DNA of 64,000 bases from Anthoceros angustus (GCA_010909165.1 VJWM01000226.1:124001-188000), one strand, 5' to 3'. Counted from the first letter of the stretch, positions 31,037-48,117 are shown. The notes: a model not told the origin generated them from the letters alone. Made by a program: numbers and translations.

Positions 31037-33709
31037 TGTCTGATACATGCAGACGAGAGAGCGAACAAGGTGACAAGCCGACTTGATGATGGATGCTAGC
31101 TATGTGATCGGTAGCTAGGATGCGAGCTAGTGTAGGAAGACGCAGCGAGGCTAGGGTGTGCATTAGGAACGTGATTGAGGCGTATAGGCCAACCAAGGTT
31201 AGACCGACGGCAGTTAGGTGACCGGATGACACTAACCTAGCTGCAGATTCTCGACATCGAGGCGAGCATTGCGGGAGAGGACCGTGAAGGAATTCTTGGT
31301 GAGATGGGAAGGCAACCATCAAGAGGACCCGGTGGGACAAGGCCTTTATCGAAACTTTTCAACACCTCGGCAAAGTGGGCGGAGAATGAAGAACGAGGCC
31401 CTCCCGATGCTCACTAGAGAAAGGAGGAGGTGTCACAATCGGATACATATGGAGGGGACAAGCGGACAAGCCAGCTTGATGATGGATGCTAGCTATGTGA
31501 TCGGTAGCTAGGCAATTTCAGCTAGTGTAGGAAGACGCAGCAGCGAGGCTAGGGTGTGCATTAGGAACGTGATTGAGGCGAGATAGGCCAACCAAGGTTA
31601 GAGGCAACGGCAGTTAGGTGACCGGATGACACTAACCTAGCTGCAGAGATTCTCGACATCGAGAGCGAGCATTGCGGGAGAGGACCGTGAAGGAATTCTT
31701 GGTGAGATGGGAAGGCAACCATCAAGAGGACCCGAGCTGGGACACCGAGGCCTTTATCGAAACTTTTCAACACCTCGGCAAAGGAGCGGAGAATGAAGAA
31801 CGAGGCCCTCCGATGCTCACTAGAGAAAGGAGGAGGTGTCACGATCGGATACATGCAACCGTGAGGGGACAAGCGGACAAGCCACTTGATGATAGATGCT
31901 AGCTATGTAATCCATAGCTCAAAGTGTATGCCTCTACATCTTAGTGTCTTGGTCTCGTCTCAGGAATGCCGATTACATTTTACAACGTAATTTACAACCT
32001 AAAGTTGTAAAAAGAATGACTTAAATAGGTTGGAAATTTGGCGTGGCGGGGAAGATTATCACGTCATAGAGTTGATGACGTGGCGGCCACATCGCAAATT
32101 GGGTGGGTAGGTATTAATAGCACTTACAAGTGCTATTAATACAAATCTCTCGGAAGGGTCATTCTCCATTAAAGGGGTTTGGGTCCCTAAAGGCCAAAAA
32201 GTGATCCTCCAAAAGGGGCCAAAACGTATCATCTCCATAAAAGCACTCTTTACACATGTACAAAAATACATTGACCATGTTATTTTTCGCGAACACTTAT
32301 CTTGACAGTCAGGCGAACAAGGTTCGGATTTCACCTTCACAAGAAAGGGATTTCAAGGATCTATGAATGGTGCTAGGAATCCTAGAGACACCTCTGTCGC
32401 GGTGATGATTTCCTATCAAGGTGAATAGTAGGCAAGCCAAACCAAACTAGTCCGAAGGCAAACTACCGGACGTCCGACGCAACCAACAACGCAAAAGAAG
32501 AAACTCCCAAGCCGACACGGCAACCACGTTGGACGTCGCGCAATTGTGAGAGGACATCAACCGACCTAATCAAGGCCATCTCGAGAGGGACCAACTACGA
32601 TCAGAAAGCAGTGCAGACGTTTGGCGCAATGTGAGTACATAGCCACAGGAACTCCATTGTTAGAGTGCAAAACAAAGGAAGGAACTGGGGCAATGCGCCG
32701 ACGTCCGGCGCATTTGCGCGAGTCTCCGAAAGCGCCGACGTCTTGGAGACCCCGATCTTGCGGACGTCTTGGAGACCCCGATCTTGCGGACGTCCGCGCA
32801 TTTCTGCGTGACTCGATCTTCTTTGGGCGTCAACGTGATGGAAGTGGTGGAGTGGATGCGCCGACGTCCGGCGCATTTGTATATGAATTACTTCTATATG
32901 ATGTAAGAACGTCACGCTTTGGTACGTGGGGTGTAGATAGACCAATCAACATAAGAGTTCCAAGGTTCAGCAACTGGGATTGGATCGATTCTAGGATGGG
33001 GTGCCGTTGTAAGTGGTTTGAAAACTTTGCAAGAACTCCACTATTAAGCAACATGGGCGTGGGTCGATCTTGGGATGGGGTGCTGATTTTGAGTGGTTTG
33101 AAAATTTTGTAAATCATCCCGGTATCTAGGCGTAAAGTCTGGAATATTGTTTTGAAAGTCATTCATTGGTTGATGTTATGTTCCCACATTCCCTTTGTAA
33201 ATAACATCTAAAACTTTTGCCTTACTCTATGTGCTCTATCTACGACTTGCGGATGGATCTTTTCGATAGGTGCAGATATGTTCAGCTCATTCGAGTTTGA
33301 CGCGCATATAGATGCATGGGCGTTGGTTTCTAGATGAGGTACATTTTCCAAAATTTGACATGTGTAATGGTGGTTTCGATGGCCAACCTTTTGAAGACGA
33401 CAATGTTTCACAATGTTTTGCGGAAAGTAAGAAAATAAAGAGAATAGATGATCCGTCTTAAGTAATGTGAAGATATCACGATTGTAGGAGAAATATCACG
33501 AAAGGAGACACTTGAAATACAAACCGGTTTTCAAATCCAAGAATAAGTGAAAGCAATTGTGTATAAGACGACTATATCTAGGAAGTTGTCATATTTGAAT
33601 TAAATCATGAGTAAAACATTAAACTTTCAAAACTTTAAACACGGAATGCATATGCTTTGAAACTACAAAATATTGTTTCACAACTTCAAATTTCTAGATT
33701 CATTTTCAT

Positions 33710-35191
33710 TTAGAGCCTGGTCCACCGAAAAACATCCAAACACCACCGCTACACCGGTTGGGGTACTTGACCCGTGTAAACCTTGCCATTATAATTGCTA
33801 GTAGCATCTTGGGCGAGTTCAACGTCATTAGCGTCATATGCAACAAGTACTCCTTGTCATCCAAGTGCGTGTAATGTAAAATGGCTTGATGAGTGTATCA
33901 ATAGTGTCACCGCCTATTGGACCATTAGCATCTACACCGTACCTTCCATTTCCCATTGTACTTTGGAATCTGGACTTGACATGAAAACGTCTCCCCATTG
34001 TACAATAGTTGCATAATGGTCTTTGAGCGAATTGAATATGGAAGCGGCCAATAACCAACATTTGCTCCTTCAATTGCTAACCACAAATCTCCATTGGTTG
34101 TAGGTGCATTACAACATATCATAAATTAGAATAAGTTAGAAGAAATAGTATGAAATATGTCAAGTCCATATTAGAAGTTTAAAGAATACTACCTAGCTAG
34201 AACGCCCCAAGAAGAAAACATTTGTTCCTTCAATTGCTATAACTTACCTTATTAATCTTGTATAGCATGCTTGTACCTACATAATTGCGGTGAATGCACC
34301 ACCAAATACATATGTGGGATCCGTTTGCACAAATCCGGTACACGCAGGTTGAAGCAGCCATTGCCGTTGTCGACTGCTCAAAGGGAACAAATGATACAAA
34401 GTTAATGATTCATATACATCCTAATAAAACGTTGAAATTTCATGTGTTGATGATCACATACCGTCCATCTTATGAACAAACGAGGTGCAACATCTTGTGA
34501 ATATAATGATGGATACACCTGAAAAATATAAATTTTCATAGAGAAGTCAATTAACATGTCATAACACCATGAGATATAAAATAATGCAAGAAGAAAATTG
34601 ATGGATTTGTAAAATAATAACTTACATGCCATCCAACTTGAGCTAAATTTATAGAATCGATATGCGTGTCGACGGCAAATAAAATAGAGGCGTGGGAGTT
34701 TGAGTAATGCTGATGTTGGGTTAACGGATGGTTGCCAAAAGCTAATTCTAGATCCTCCTCCATTGAATGTTCCATGAACATTGCCAACTATCTTGCACAA
34801 TTAAAAGGTGAACTTGGTCAAGTATTCAGAAAGAAGAAAGGAAATATAGTCTCAAATTGTAATATATACGATGGTTTAATGAATATAGTGAAATTATGAC
34901 ATACATGAGTTAGCTCGTCGACGCCGCTTTCAATATTAGCAAAATTGCTAGAGGTATTCTTGCTTTGATCGATGAAAGAATTGCGGAGGATGTGCCTTTG
35001 ATCAATAAAACCCTCTGCGTCATAGGCCGTTGTATAGGGATAGTTCCTTGGGGCATGATCCTACTTCTACATGATAGAGTCGCTTAGGACGCCGCACCCC
35101 ATTTCTTGATATTTGTAATTGGGATAACTCTAGAGGTGGTTTACGCAACATGTCAACAACAGGAGTTCCATACTTTGCTACAAGCGACAGC

Positions 35192-35265
<74 letters not shown>

Positions 35266-35304
35266 ACAACAAAAAAACAACAACAACAACAACAAAACAA
35301 CAAC

Positions 35305-35336
<32 letters not shown>

Positions 35337-36014
35337 TAGTAGCTGCATATATCGATAACTATAGTTGACATAAAAATGAAAAAGGCGAGTCATACGCGTG
35401 TGAACCCACATACTTGAATCACATGATCTTTAAAAGATGGATGTTGTAAAATAATAACTTACATGCCATCCAACTTGAGCTAAATTTATAGAATCGATAT
35501 GCGTGTCGACGGCAAATAAAATAGACGTGGGAGTTTGAGTAATGCTGATGTTGGGTTAACGATGGTTGCCAAAAGCTAATTCTAGATCCTCCTCCATTGA
35601 ATGTTCCATGAACATTGCCAACTACATCTTGCACAATTAAAAGGTGAACTTGGTCAAGTATTCGAAAGAAGAAAGGGAAATATAGTCTCAAATTGTAATA
35701 TATACGATGGTTTAATGAATATAGTGAAATTATGACATACATGAGTTAGCTCGTCGACGCCGCTTTCAATATTAGCAAAATTGCTAGAGGTATTCTTGCT
35801 TTGATCGATGAAAGAATTGCGGAGGATGTGCCTTTGATCAATAAAACCCTCTGCGTCATAGGCCGTTGTATAGGGATAGTTCCTTGGGGCATGATCCTAC
35901 TTCTACATGATAGAGTCGCTTAGGACGCCGCACCCCATTTGCTGATATTTGTAATTGGGATAACTCTAGAGGTGGTTTCGCAACATGTCAACAACAGGAG
36001 TTCCATACTTTGCT

Positions 36015-36076
<62 letters not shown>

Positions 36077-36143
36077 AACAACAACAACAACAACAACAAC
36101 AATAAAATAAAAAAAAAACAACAACAACAACAAAAAAAACAAC

Positions 36144-36177
<34 letters not shown>

Positions 36178-36595
36178 GTAGCTGCATATATCGATAACTA
36201 TAGTTGACATAAAAATGAAAAAGGCGAGTCATACGCGTGTGAACCCACATACTTGAATCACATGATCTTTAAAAGATGGATGTTGTAAAGTCGGTGTTCC
36301 ACCTTCACACAATCTACTATAGTGCCATCGGAGCTGCAACATAAACAAGATAAACGAATTGAGTATCTTACATTGCATATAATAAAGATGCCATGAAAAA
36401 GGTACCAAGAGATAGTGGAGTATAGTATATACATTATGGGATTCCACAAATGGCACATGAACATTCAAGTCCAAAGCACCATCCTGTGGATGGGGTGAGG
36501 AAACTTATTTTGAGCATTCGCATGACTAGCATATGAGAAATGCACAAAGATAACAAACATCAACCCCAACACTAAAGTTGCAGTGACGACTTCAT
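33710..36595 (-). pseudogene. Neprosin gene with an internal 837-bp duplication (part of exon 2 to exon 4)
   Basis: Junction TTGTAAA at 35444-35450 joins exon 2 to intron 4; two microsatellites are present. Confidence 0.75.
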
Positions 36596-36798
36596 GATTA
36601 CAAAGCTTTGGGTCTAAGCAATATGCAAATGGATGTAATTGATCACGATAATTTGTAGGATGGTGGTTGAGGCACATATATAGGCATTTTGGGATTTTTT
36701 CTCGATAATATGGACAAAAGCGAAATAGCTTTGCTCTCTTGGTGTTAGACTAAGCATATCCCTCTATGTTATGGAGTTTTGAATGATTTCCACGGTCT

Positions 36799-37316
36799 CT
36801 ACTCAACGGCTTGTAAGTTGCAACCATGAGTGAGTGGAACAAGGAACCCGTCCTCTTCAAGCCTTGGTGAAGAATTTGGCGTTTCTCCACCGATCCCGAG
36901 CCGTGGGCGACAACCTTGTAAAGGCCATACTTGGAGTAGTTGGTGGTTCCGGGAGTCATCGGGGATGGTGTCGACTAGCGCGCCATTCAAATACATGTTC
37001 ACGGCCACCGTCTTGGTGCACAACGTTCACGCGGTGATCGAGGTGTCGTATACTCCCGTTACAGCGGTAGCAGTTTGGGATGAGTAGTAGCACGAGAGCC
37101 ACCGTTGGCGCCATGCCCGGGCGCATCAAGGGCCGCCGCCCAAGATCCGAGCAGGGGCAGTCGTTCGAGGAGCGAGAACTTGAGCTCCCCTCGAGCGCAT
37201 CCGCCCGCTGGTGTAATCATTGTTGTTTGGATTTCGAGCGGTGCACGCGTTGGTGTCGATGATTGCGAACGTTCCAGGTCCACTATAAGAATCGCAGTGT
37301 TTTTCAATGCATTTTA
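36799..37316 (-). CDS. PL7/citrate-binding-protein-like coding region
   Basis: Copy of 1527-2023. Confidence 0.7.
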
Positions 37317-38558
37317 TGTCACAATCGGATACATGCAGAGAGCGAACAAGCGGGACAAGCCGACTTGATGATGGATGCTAGCTATGTGATCGAGCGGAAA
37401 TGAGTAGTGTAGGAAGACGCAGAACGAGCTAGGTGTGCATTAGGAAGCGTGATTGAGGCGGATAGGCCAACCAAGGTTAGACCGGCAGATTAGGCTGACC
37501 CGGATGACACTAACCTAGCTGCAGAGATTCTCGACATCGGAGAGCGAGCATTGCGGAGAGGACCGTGAAGGAATTCTTGGTGAGATGGGAAGGCAACCAT
37601 CAAGAGGACCCGAGGGACACCGAGGCCTTTATCGAAACTTTTCAACACCTCGGCAAAAGGGCGGAGAATGAAGAACGAGGCCCTCGATGCTCGCTAGAGA
37701 AAGGAGGAGGATGTCGCGCTTAGATACATGCAAATGAGGGGACAAGCGGGACAAGCCGACTTGATGATAGATGCTAGCTATGTAATCCATAGCTCAAAGT
37801 GTATGCCTCTACATCTTCGTGTCTTGGTCTCTCGTCTCAGGAATGCCGATTACATTTACAACGTAATTTACAACCTAAAGTTGTAAAAAGAATGACTTAA
37901 ATAGGTTGGAAATTTGCGACGTGGCGGGGAAGATTATCACGTCATAGAGTTGATGACGTGGCCACATCAGCAAATTGGGTGGTATTAATAGCACTTACAA
38001 GTGCTATTAATACAAGTCTCTCGGAAAGGGTCATTCTCCATTAAAGGGGTTTGGGTCCCTAAAGGCCAAAAGTGATCCTCCAAAAGGCCAAACGTATCAT
38101 CTCCATAAAAGCACTCTTTACACATGTACAAAAATACATTGACCATGTTATTTTTCGCGAACACTTATCTTGTGAGTGCAGGCGAACAAGGTTCGCGGAT
38201 TTCACCTTCACAAGAAAGGGATTTCAAGGATCTATGAATGGTGCTAGGAATCCTAGAGACACCTCATCGCGGTGATGATTTCTATCAAGGTGAATAGTAG
38301 GCAAGCCAACCAAACTAGTCCAAAGAAGGCAAACTACATTTGGACGTCCGACGCAACCAACAACGCAAAGAAGAAACTCCCAAGCCGTCTGAAGCAACTC
38401 GTTGGACGTCCGGCGCAATTGTGAAGGACATCAACCGGCTAATCAAGGCCATCTCGAGAGGGACCAACTACGATCAGAAAAACAACAGACGTTTGGCGCA
38501 ATGTGAGTACATAGCCACAGGAACTCCATTGTTAGAGTGCAAAACAAAGGAAGGCGGG

Positions 38559-38586
38559 GCAATGCGCCGGACGTCCGGCGCATTGC
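38559..38586. repeat. Perfect 28-bp GC-rich palindrome GCAATGCGCCGGACGTCCGGCGCATTGC (degenerate versions in each unit)
   Basis: Read directly; a second near-copy at ~38698-38718 and half-sites at ~38633-38641. Confidence 0.85.
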
Positions 38587-39543
38587 GAAGTCTGCGAAAC
38601 TGCGCGGACGTCTTGGAGACCCCGATCTTGCCGGACGTCCGCGCAGGCAATGACTGATCTTCTTTGGGCGTCCAACGTGATGGAAGTGGTGGAGTGGATG
38701 CGCCGACGTCCGGCGCATTTGTATATGAATTACTTCTATATGATGTAAGAACGTCGCGCTAGATGCGTAGGGGTGTAGATAGACCAATCAACATAAGAGT
38801 TCCAAGGTTCAGCAACAGGATTGGATCGATTCTAGGATGGGGTGCGTTGTAAGTGGTTTGAAAACTTTGCAAGAACTCCACTATTAAGCAACATGGCGTG
38901 GGTCGATCTTGGGATGGGGTGCTGATTTTGAGTGGTTTGAAAATTTTGTAAATCATCCCGGTATCTAGCGTAAAGTGGAATATTGTTTTGAAAGTCATTC
39001 ATTGGTTGATGTTATGTTCCCACATTCCCTTTGTAAATAACATCTAAAACTTTTCGGCCTTACTCTATGTGCTCTATCTACGACTTGCGGATGGATCTTT
39101 TCGATAGGTGCACCGAATGTTCAGCTCATTCGAGTTTGGCATATAGATGCATGGGCGTTGGTTTCTAGATGAGGTACATTTTCCAAAATTTGACATGTGT
39201 AATGGTGGTTTCGATGGCCAACCTTTTGAAGGCGACAATGTTTCACAATGTTTTGCGGAAAGTAAGAAAATAAAGAGAATAGATGATCCGTCTTAAGTAA
39301 TGTGAAGATATCACGATTAGGAGAAATATCACGAAAGGAGACACTTGAAATACAAACCGGTTTTCAAATCCAAGAATAAGTGAAAGCAATTGTGTATAAG
39401 GCGACTATATCTAGGAAGTTGTCATATTTGAATTAAATCATGAGTAAAACATTAAACTTTCAAAACTTTAAACACGGAATGCATATGCTTTGAAACTACA
39501 AAAATATTGTTTCACAACTTCAAATTTCTAGATTCATTTTCAT

Positions 39544-41635
<2,092 letters not shown>

Positions 41636-41840
41636 GATTACAAAGCTTTGGGTCTAAGCAATATGCAAATGGATGTAATTGATCACGATAATTTGTAGGA
41701 TGGTGGTTGAGGCACATATATAGGCATTTTGGGATTTTTTCTCGATAATATGGACAAAAGCGAAATAGCTTTGCTCTCTTGGTGTTAGACTAAGCATATC
41801 CCTCTCTATGTTATGGAGTTTTGAATGATTTCCACGGTCT

Positions 41841-42351
41841 CTACTCAACGGCTTGTAAGTTGCAACCATGAGTGAGTGGAACAAGGAACCCGTCCCTCTT
41901 CAAGCCTTGGTGAAGAATTTGGCGTTTCTCCACCGATCCCGAGCCGTGGGCGACAACCTTGTAAAGGCCATACTTGGAGTAGTTGGTGGTTCCGGGAGTC
42001 ATCGGGATGGTGTCGACTAGCGCGCCATTCAAATACATGTTCACGGCCACCGTCTTTGGTGCACAACGTTCACGGTGATCGAGGTGTCGTATACTCCGTT
42101 ACAGCAGTGGCAGTTTAGGATGAGTAGTAGCACAGAGCCACCGTTGGCGCCATGCCGGGCGCATCAAGGGCGCCGTCGCCCAAGATCCGGAGCGAGGGAC
42201 GGTCGTTGAGGAGCGAGAACTTGAGCTCCCCTCGAGCGCATCCGCCCTGGTGTAATCATTGTTGTTTGGTTCGAGCGGTGCGTTGGTGTCGATGATTGCG
42301 AACGTTTCCGTGGTCCACTATAAGAATCGCGGTGTTTTTCAATGCATTTTA
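41841..42351 (-). CDS. PL7/citrate-binding-protein-like coding region
   Basis: ORF 41841..42050 VNMYLNGALVDTIPMTPGTTNYSKYGLYKVVAHGSGSVEK. Confidence 0.7.
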
Positions 42352-44649
42352 TGTCACAATCGGATACATGCGAGAGCGAACAAGCGGGACAAGCCGACGA
42401 TGATGGATGCTAGCTATGTGATCGGTAGCTAGGCAATTTGCGCTAGTGTAGGAAGGCGACAACGGCGAGGCTAGGGTGTGCATTAGGAGCGTGATTGAGG
42501 CGGATAGGCCAACCAAGGTTAGACCGGCCAGATTAGGTGACCGGATGACACTAACCTAACTGCAGAGATTCTCGACATCGGGAGCGAGCATTGCGGAGAG
42601 GACCGTGAAGGAATTCTTGGTGAGATGGGAAGGCAACCATCAAGAGGACCCGGTGGGACACCGAGGCCTTTATCGAAACTTTTCAACACCTCAAAGGCTG
42701 GGCGAGGAGAATGAAGAACGAGGCCCTCCCGATGCTCACTAGAGAAAGGAGGAGGGTGTCACGATCGATACATGCAACCGTGGAGGGGACAAGCGGACAA
42801 GCCAGCTTGATGATGGATGCTAGCTATGTGATCGGTAGCTAGACGGACCGCAGTTAGTGTAGGAAGACGCAAAGAACGAGGCTAGGGTGTGCATTAGGAA
42901 CGTGATTGAGGCGATAGGCCAACCAAGGTTAGACCGGCCAGATTAGGTGACCGGATGACACTAACCTAACTGCAGATTCTCGACATCGAGAGCGAGCATT
43001 GCGGAGAGGACCGTGAAGGAATTCTTGGTGAGATGGGAAGGCAACCATCAAGAGGACCCGAGCTGGGACACTGAGGCCTTTATCGAAACTTTTCAACACC
43101 TCAGCAAAGCTGGAGCAGAGAATGAAGAACGAGGCCCTCCTGATGCTCGCTAGAGAAAGGAGGAGGATGTCACAGTTAGATACATGCAAACTGTGAGGGG
43201 ACAAGCAGGACAAGCCAGCTTGATGATAGATGCTAGCTATGTAATCCATAGCTCAAAAGTGTATGCCTCTACATCTTCGTGTCTTGGTCTCTCGCTCAGG
43301 AATGCCGATTACATTTTACAACGTAATTTACAACCTAAAGTTGTAAAAAGAATGGACTTAAATAGGTTGGAAATTTGCGACGTGGCGGGGAAGATTATCA
43401 CGTCATAGAGTTGATGACGTGGCCACATCGCAAATTGGGTGGGTAAGGTATTAATAGCACTTACAAGTGCTATTAATACAAGTCTCCTAAAGGGTCATTC
43501 TCCATTAAAGGGGTTTGGGTCCCTAAAGGCCAAAAGTGATCCTCCAAAAGGGGCCAAAAGCGTATCATCTCCATAAAAGCACTCTTTACACATGTACAAA
43601 AATACATTGACCATGTTATTTTTCGCGAACACTTATCTTGTGACAGGCGAACAAGGTTCATGGATTTCACCTTCACAAGAAAGGGATTTCAAGGATCTAT
43701 GAATGGTGCTAGGAATCCTAGAGACACCTCTGTCGCAGTGATGATTTCCTATCAAGGTGAATAGTAGGCAAGCCAAACCAAACTAGTCCAAAGAAGGCAA
43801 ACTCGGACGTCCGACGAACCAACAACGCAAAGAAGAAACTCCCAAGCCGATCTGAAGCAACTACGTTGGACGTCGCGCAATTGTGAAGGACATCAACCGG
43901 CGGCCTAATCAAGGCCATCTCGAGAGGACCAACTACGGCAGAAAAGCACGAGCGTTTGGCGCAATGTGAGTACATAGCCACAGGAACTCCATTGTTAGAG
44001 TGCAAAACAAAGGAAGGCGGGCAATGCGCCGACGTAGGGGCGCATTTGCGCGAGTCTCTGCGGAGGACGTCTTGGAGACCCGATCTTGCGGACGTCCGAT
44101 TTCCTACGATCTTCTTTGGGCGTCCAACGTGATGGAAGTGGTGGAGTGGATGCGGACGTCCGGCGCATTTGTATATGAATTACTTCTATATGATGTAGGC
44201 GTACGCTTTGATGCGTAGGGGTGGGTGTGAGCATGGTTAGGTGACCACTAATTTCGGAAACGGGCGAAACCGTCTCTAAGTGGTGTTTTGCATTACGTTC
44301 AGATTTTTTAACAATTGAAATTATGCCCATTTTGACCGATATTTTTAGGGCTATTCGTTTTTAACTTCATAGATATATTTAATTTTTTATTTGGAAAATT
44401 GATTTATTTGATATATTATTGGTTTAAGTCTTGCTATATATGCTAGGGACAATTTATTATACAAACTCGTAAGTGACCGACGGGCGGAAGCGAGGCGGAA
44501 GCAGCGGGATGCTCGTTGACTTTTAAGGGTGATAATGAGGTTATCCACTTCCATCACCGTGCTCCTAATGTTGAGACTCACAAGCATTGGATTTGTGCAT
44601 GCATCACGCTCGAGCTCAACCTTGACGTGAGGGGATTGTCGACCATGTG

Positions 44650-45140
44650 GAGTCCCTACATGGGTTTTGCTAGAGCTATGTCTGCGGGCAATAGGTGGTG
44701 TGACGGTGATTGTCGAGCGCTTGGGGTCGGAACCGTTCTTACGGCCGGTTGGTAGCTCGGTGGTGCGGGCGGTGGCGGTGGCTTTGTGCGAGGGCGTTTG
44801 GGTCCGTCGGCCGTGCCTTTTCGTGGAACGTGGAGCGTGGGCGTTGTGGTGCGGCGGGCGGTGGTGCGGCGAACTCGAGGCGCCACCGGCTTGAGAGGTT
44901 TTCCTGGTGAGTCCCTATATGTCTTCGCTAGAGCTTTCGTGCGCGGAATAGTAGGTGTGACGGCGGTGTCGGAACCCGCTTGGAGTCGTGGTTTCTGGCC
45001 GGTTGGGAGCTCGGTGGTGCAGGCAATAGGCGGTGGGTTTGTGCGGAAGGCGTTTGGGTTCGCCGGCCGTGCGGCGATCCGCCTTCGAACGAGGAGCGCT
45101 GTGGTGCCAAACGGGAGTGGGTGCGGACAAGGCCGGTGAG
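44650..45140 (+). repeat. Diverged ~260-bp tandem duplication in the left subterminal region of the transposon
   Basis: GAGTCCCTA.ATG..GCTAGAGCT..GGTGTGACGG..TCGGAACC..GGCCGGTTGG.AGCTCGGTGGTGC..GGCGTTTGGGT occurs from ~44650 and again from ~44909. Confidence 0.7.
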
Positions 45141-45399
45141 GTGAAGGACACCATGTCACTAGCAGTAGGGTGAAGGCTCGGCGTGTGGCGGTGGCGGTGG
45201 CGATACTTCCGGTGGTGTGTCAAGCGCCTCTGTGCAAGCAAGATGGACAGAACGCTAGGCGCCAAAGGCTAGGTTGGATAGAGCTCAAAGGTGTCTGCTC
45301 GCAAGGACACGACATTCTGAAAAATTCGGGGAGCATTGGTGTTGGCACTACGGTGATATGGAATTGTCAACTACGGTGTGAATGTGAGATGTCTTTGAA

Positions 45400-47780
45400 C
45401 TACAGTTGGACTAAAGGAGGCTATTGGAGGTGAAGATGAGATCAAGAGGCATTTTGGGGATGTCACTAATGGGAACGATGGATACCTCTTGGGGATCACA
45501 GACCTCTTGTCGACATAGAGTGGACGATGTTGATAGTCTTGTTGAGAAGTCAGATGGGCGGGCTCCCACGTTGCATCATAAAGGGTGCCACGGTTTGTGG
45601 CACTTGGGTTCCTAATCGAGAAGAAGCTTGGCAAGCGTGTGAATTGGTTTGAGTACTATTTATTTGTTGAGAAGAGGCGGGATAAGGCGATGCGATGGAG
45701 AAGAAATCACAGTGTGGAAGTCCCATCTGCAGAGAATACAACGATTCTTCACAACTGTGGTGGCGGTGATGATGCAGAGCGGAGGTTGATGTGGAAGAGT
45801 GTTCCACTCACAGCCGAGGCGGAGCCGAGCGACCACGAGGCGATCCTCCCAATCTGGAGCTCTCCGAGTTGGGAAGAGGAAGCCTGAAGGCCATGAAGAA
45901 GGACGGACCTCCGCAAAGAATGTAGAAGAGGAGGCCGGCAAGAAGGGAGACGAGTCTCCAATTCATTCTGCGGTGGCGGCGAGAAAAGTGACACTGGCCA
46001 GCTCGTGTCTTGAGCCATGGGCACCAAAGGTTGTCATGGATGAGGTCTGGAAAAATTCGTGCGAGTTGGAAGCTTGTCTGCGGAGGAGGCTGTTTTGTCA
46101 AAAGATGGGAGGAGGCACTCTTGGATTTGGGCAACACCAAGGTCCAGCTTGACATGGTCATGAATAGTGGAGGGCTTGACGAGAGTATTCGCGAGACTCA
46201 GACAAGATTCAAATTCGTGCTTGACAAAACTAAATATTCCGAGGGTGTTTCTGACCAGTTGAAGGAGAAAAAGCGTGAGGAACAAGCTCCGGGACACCCT
46301 GGCTTCTCTTGAAAACATGAGGATGTTCTCCAGTAGCGTTCAACGGGCACGAACATGGATCACTGCGTGGGTGTCGGCTCCCGCCTCTCCCAAGTCATGC
46401 CCCGTATCACGGCGTGTAGTGTTTGTCTGTGTAAGTGTGGATTCTTCTTGCACACGGACGAGGTGTCCGTGACCGATGTTTTCCTTATGGTGATGTCTTT
46501 GCAGGTTGGGTGCTCTGGTGACGTTCACGGGATGGTGAGGTGGTGGTAGGGGTGCTCAAGGGGTGGTGACTCATGTGTTCTCTGGTGGAAGGGTGGGTGA
46601 TCACTTGGGCGGGATGGTGAGGAATTGGTTGGTGTTCATATCGGGTGTCCCTGGTGAGCTTTTGGTGGCCTTGGTGATGTAGTGCATGGCTTGTGTGCGT
46701 TATGGCCTTCGTCGTAGGGGTAGGTCGGTGGGCAGTGGTGGCATTCGTGATGTAGTGGTAGGTTGGTGGCGGTGGTGGCCGGTGATGTCATGGTTTCTGG
46801 TGGATGGGTTCGGACTTGGTGATGTAGTGGTGGGGTGGCGGACGAGGTGGCCTTGGCACCACCTAGTCATGTGGTGCCAAGGCCAAGGTGATCCCTTTCT
46901 CACGCAACTGGTTTTCCTTCAAAGCGCAAGCTTCGTGTGTCCTAAAGTGTAATGTGTGTCATGGCGGTGGTACGCCTGTAACGAGATGGTGTTCACTCCA
47001 TGTGGCCATTGCTTCCACGATATCTGCACATATCGACGCCGACAAACATTGTTGCTGCCCACGTCCGGTGCAATCGATGTGCATCATGGTTGAGAGCGAA
47101 GGGTTGGTGATCAAAGCACCGGAGGAGAAGCTCCTTCCATGGGAACAGGACCGAGACACTTGGGAGAAAGAGTTCCTCGAGTGCATTGGAGACCCGCGAC
47201 CATGACACAACGATGGAAAGACATTGAGTCACAATCACCGGTGAATTGGTTGGCCACACCCAGAAAAAATCTTGGAGTCTCCAATATGTATGTTCCACAG
47301 TTCTCCTGTTTTGTTGTCTTGTCCATTTTTTGTTGGAAGTCTCGACTAAATTTTCATCATCTGACCGAACTGGTCCAGGGTGCAATTATGCCAACTTGAC
47401 GCCGATGTCAACATATTTCTCCCTGCACCGTGTAGCTGATGAATTTGCTGCCTGCAAGGCCCGAAGGGAGGCACATGAAGCCTACGTGAATTCCTTCGCA
47501 GACCCCAATGCCCGGAGGGAGAAGCCTCGTGTTGTTCGCGCATGTTTGGGCAGCGATTACTCAGGTACAGTGGTGCTAGACTCACAAATTGAAGATGACG
47601 TTGTCCCCACAGCAGGCAGCCACACGAGCAGCCCTCAGTTCATGGACATAGCTCCTACTCCACCAAGGCCGCCGTACACAAGGTCCTCAGGGTTGAAGTT
47701 GGTGAGGAATGCGCAAGTTGGCATGTGCGTGTTCCTCCGAAGGACATCGTGTGGGTTTGTGAGGGCATTGCTTTGTTGAA
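45400..47780 (+). CDS. Fragmentary accessory gene of the DNA transposon, unknown function
   Basis: Chain of plus-strand ORFs: LGFLIEKKLGKRVNWFEY; coiled-coil-like 46010..46312; Cys/His-rich 46888..47205. A G/T-rich intron-like stretch lies at ~46545-46885. No family recognised. Confidence 0.35.
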
Positions 47781-48117
47781 ACTAGATCTTGTTGTCTACA
47801 CTTTGAGTACATGTTTGTCCGCTTGCAGATGACCAGCCACGACAAGCTACAACGGTGGCGCGCCTCGCTCTCGTTGGTCACGGTGTATTGTGCGGTCTCT
47901 TATTGCGACAACGGTGCCTTCCACCGGTATTCGAGTGGAGGTGTGGATGTAGGTGATGAAATGGTTGTGGTGTCCAGAGTCTTGTGAATCAAGTGATAAC
48001 TTGGAGGTGGCCGCAATTGAATGTGTTGATAAATGTGACGAATCGCGGAGGAGTCGTGGTGTTCTACCTGACCAATATCTTGGATCATGTGGCAAGTGAT
48101 GCGGACCAAGTGTCCAT

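Noticed and set aside
38559-38760. The unit as a Helitron amplified by rolling-circle replication
   Set aside because: No CTRR terminus at the expected short distance from the GC hairpins, no clear 5' TC boundary and no Rep/helicase in the window.
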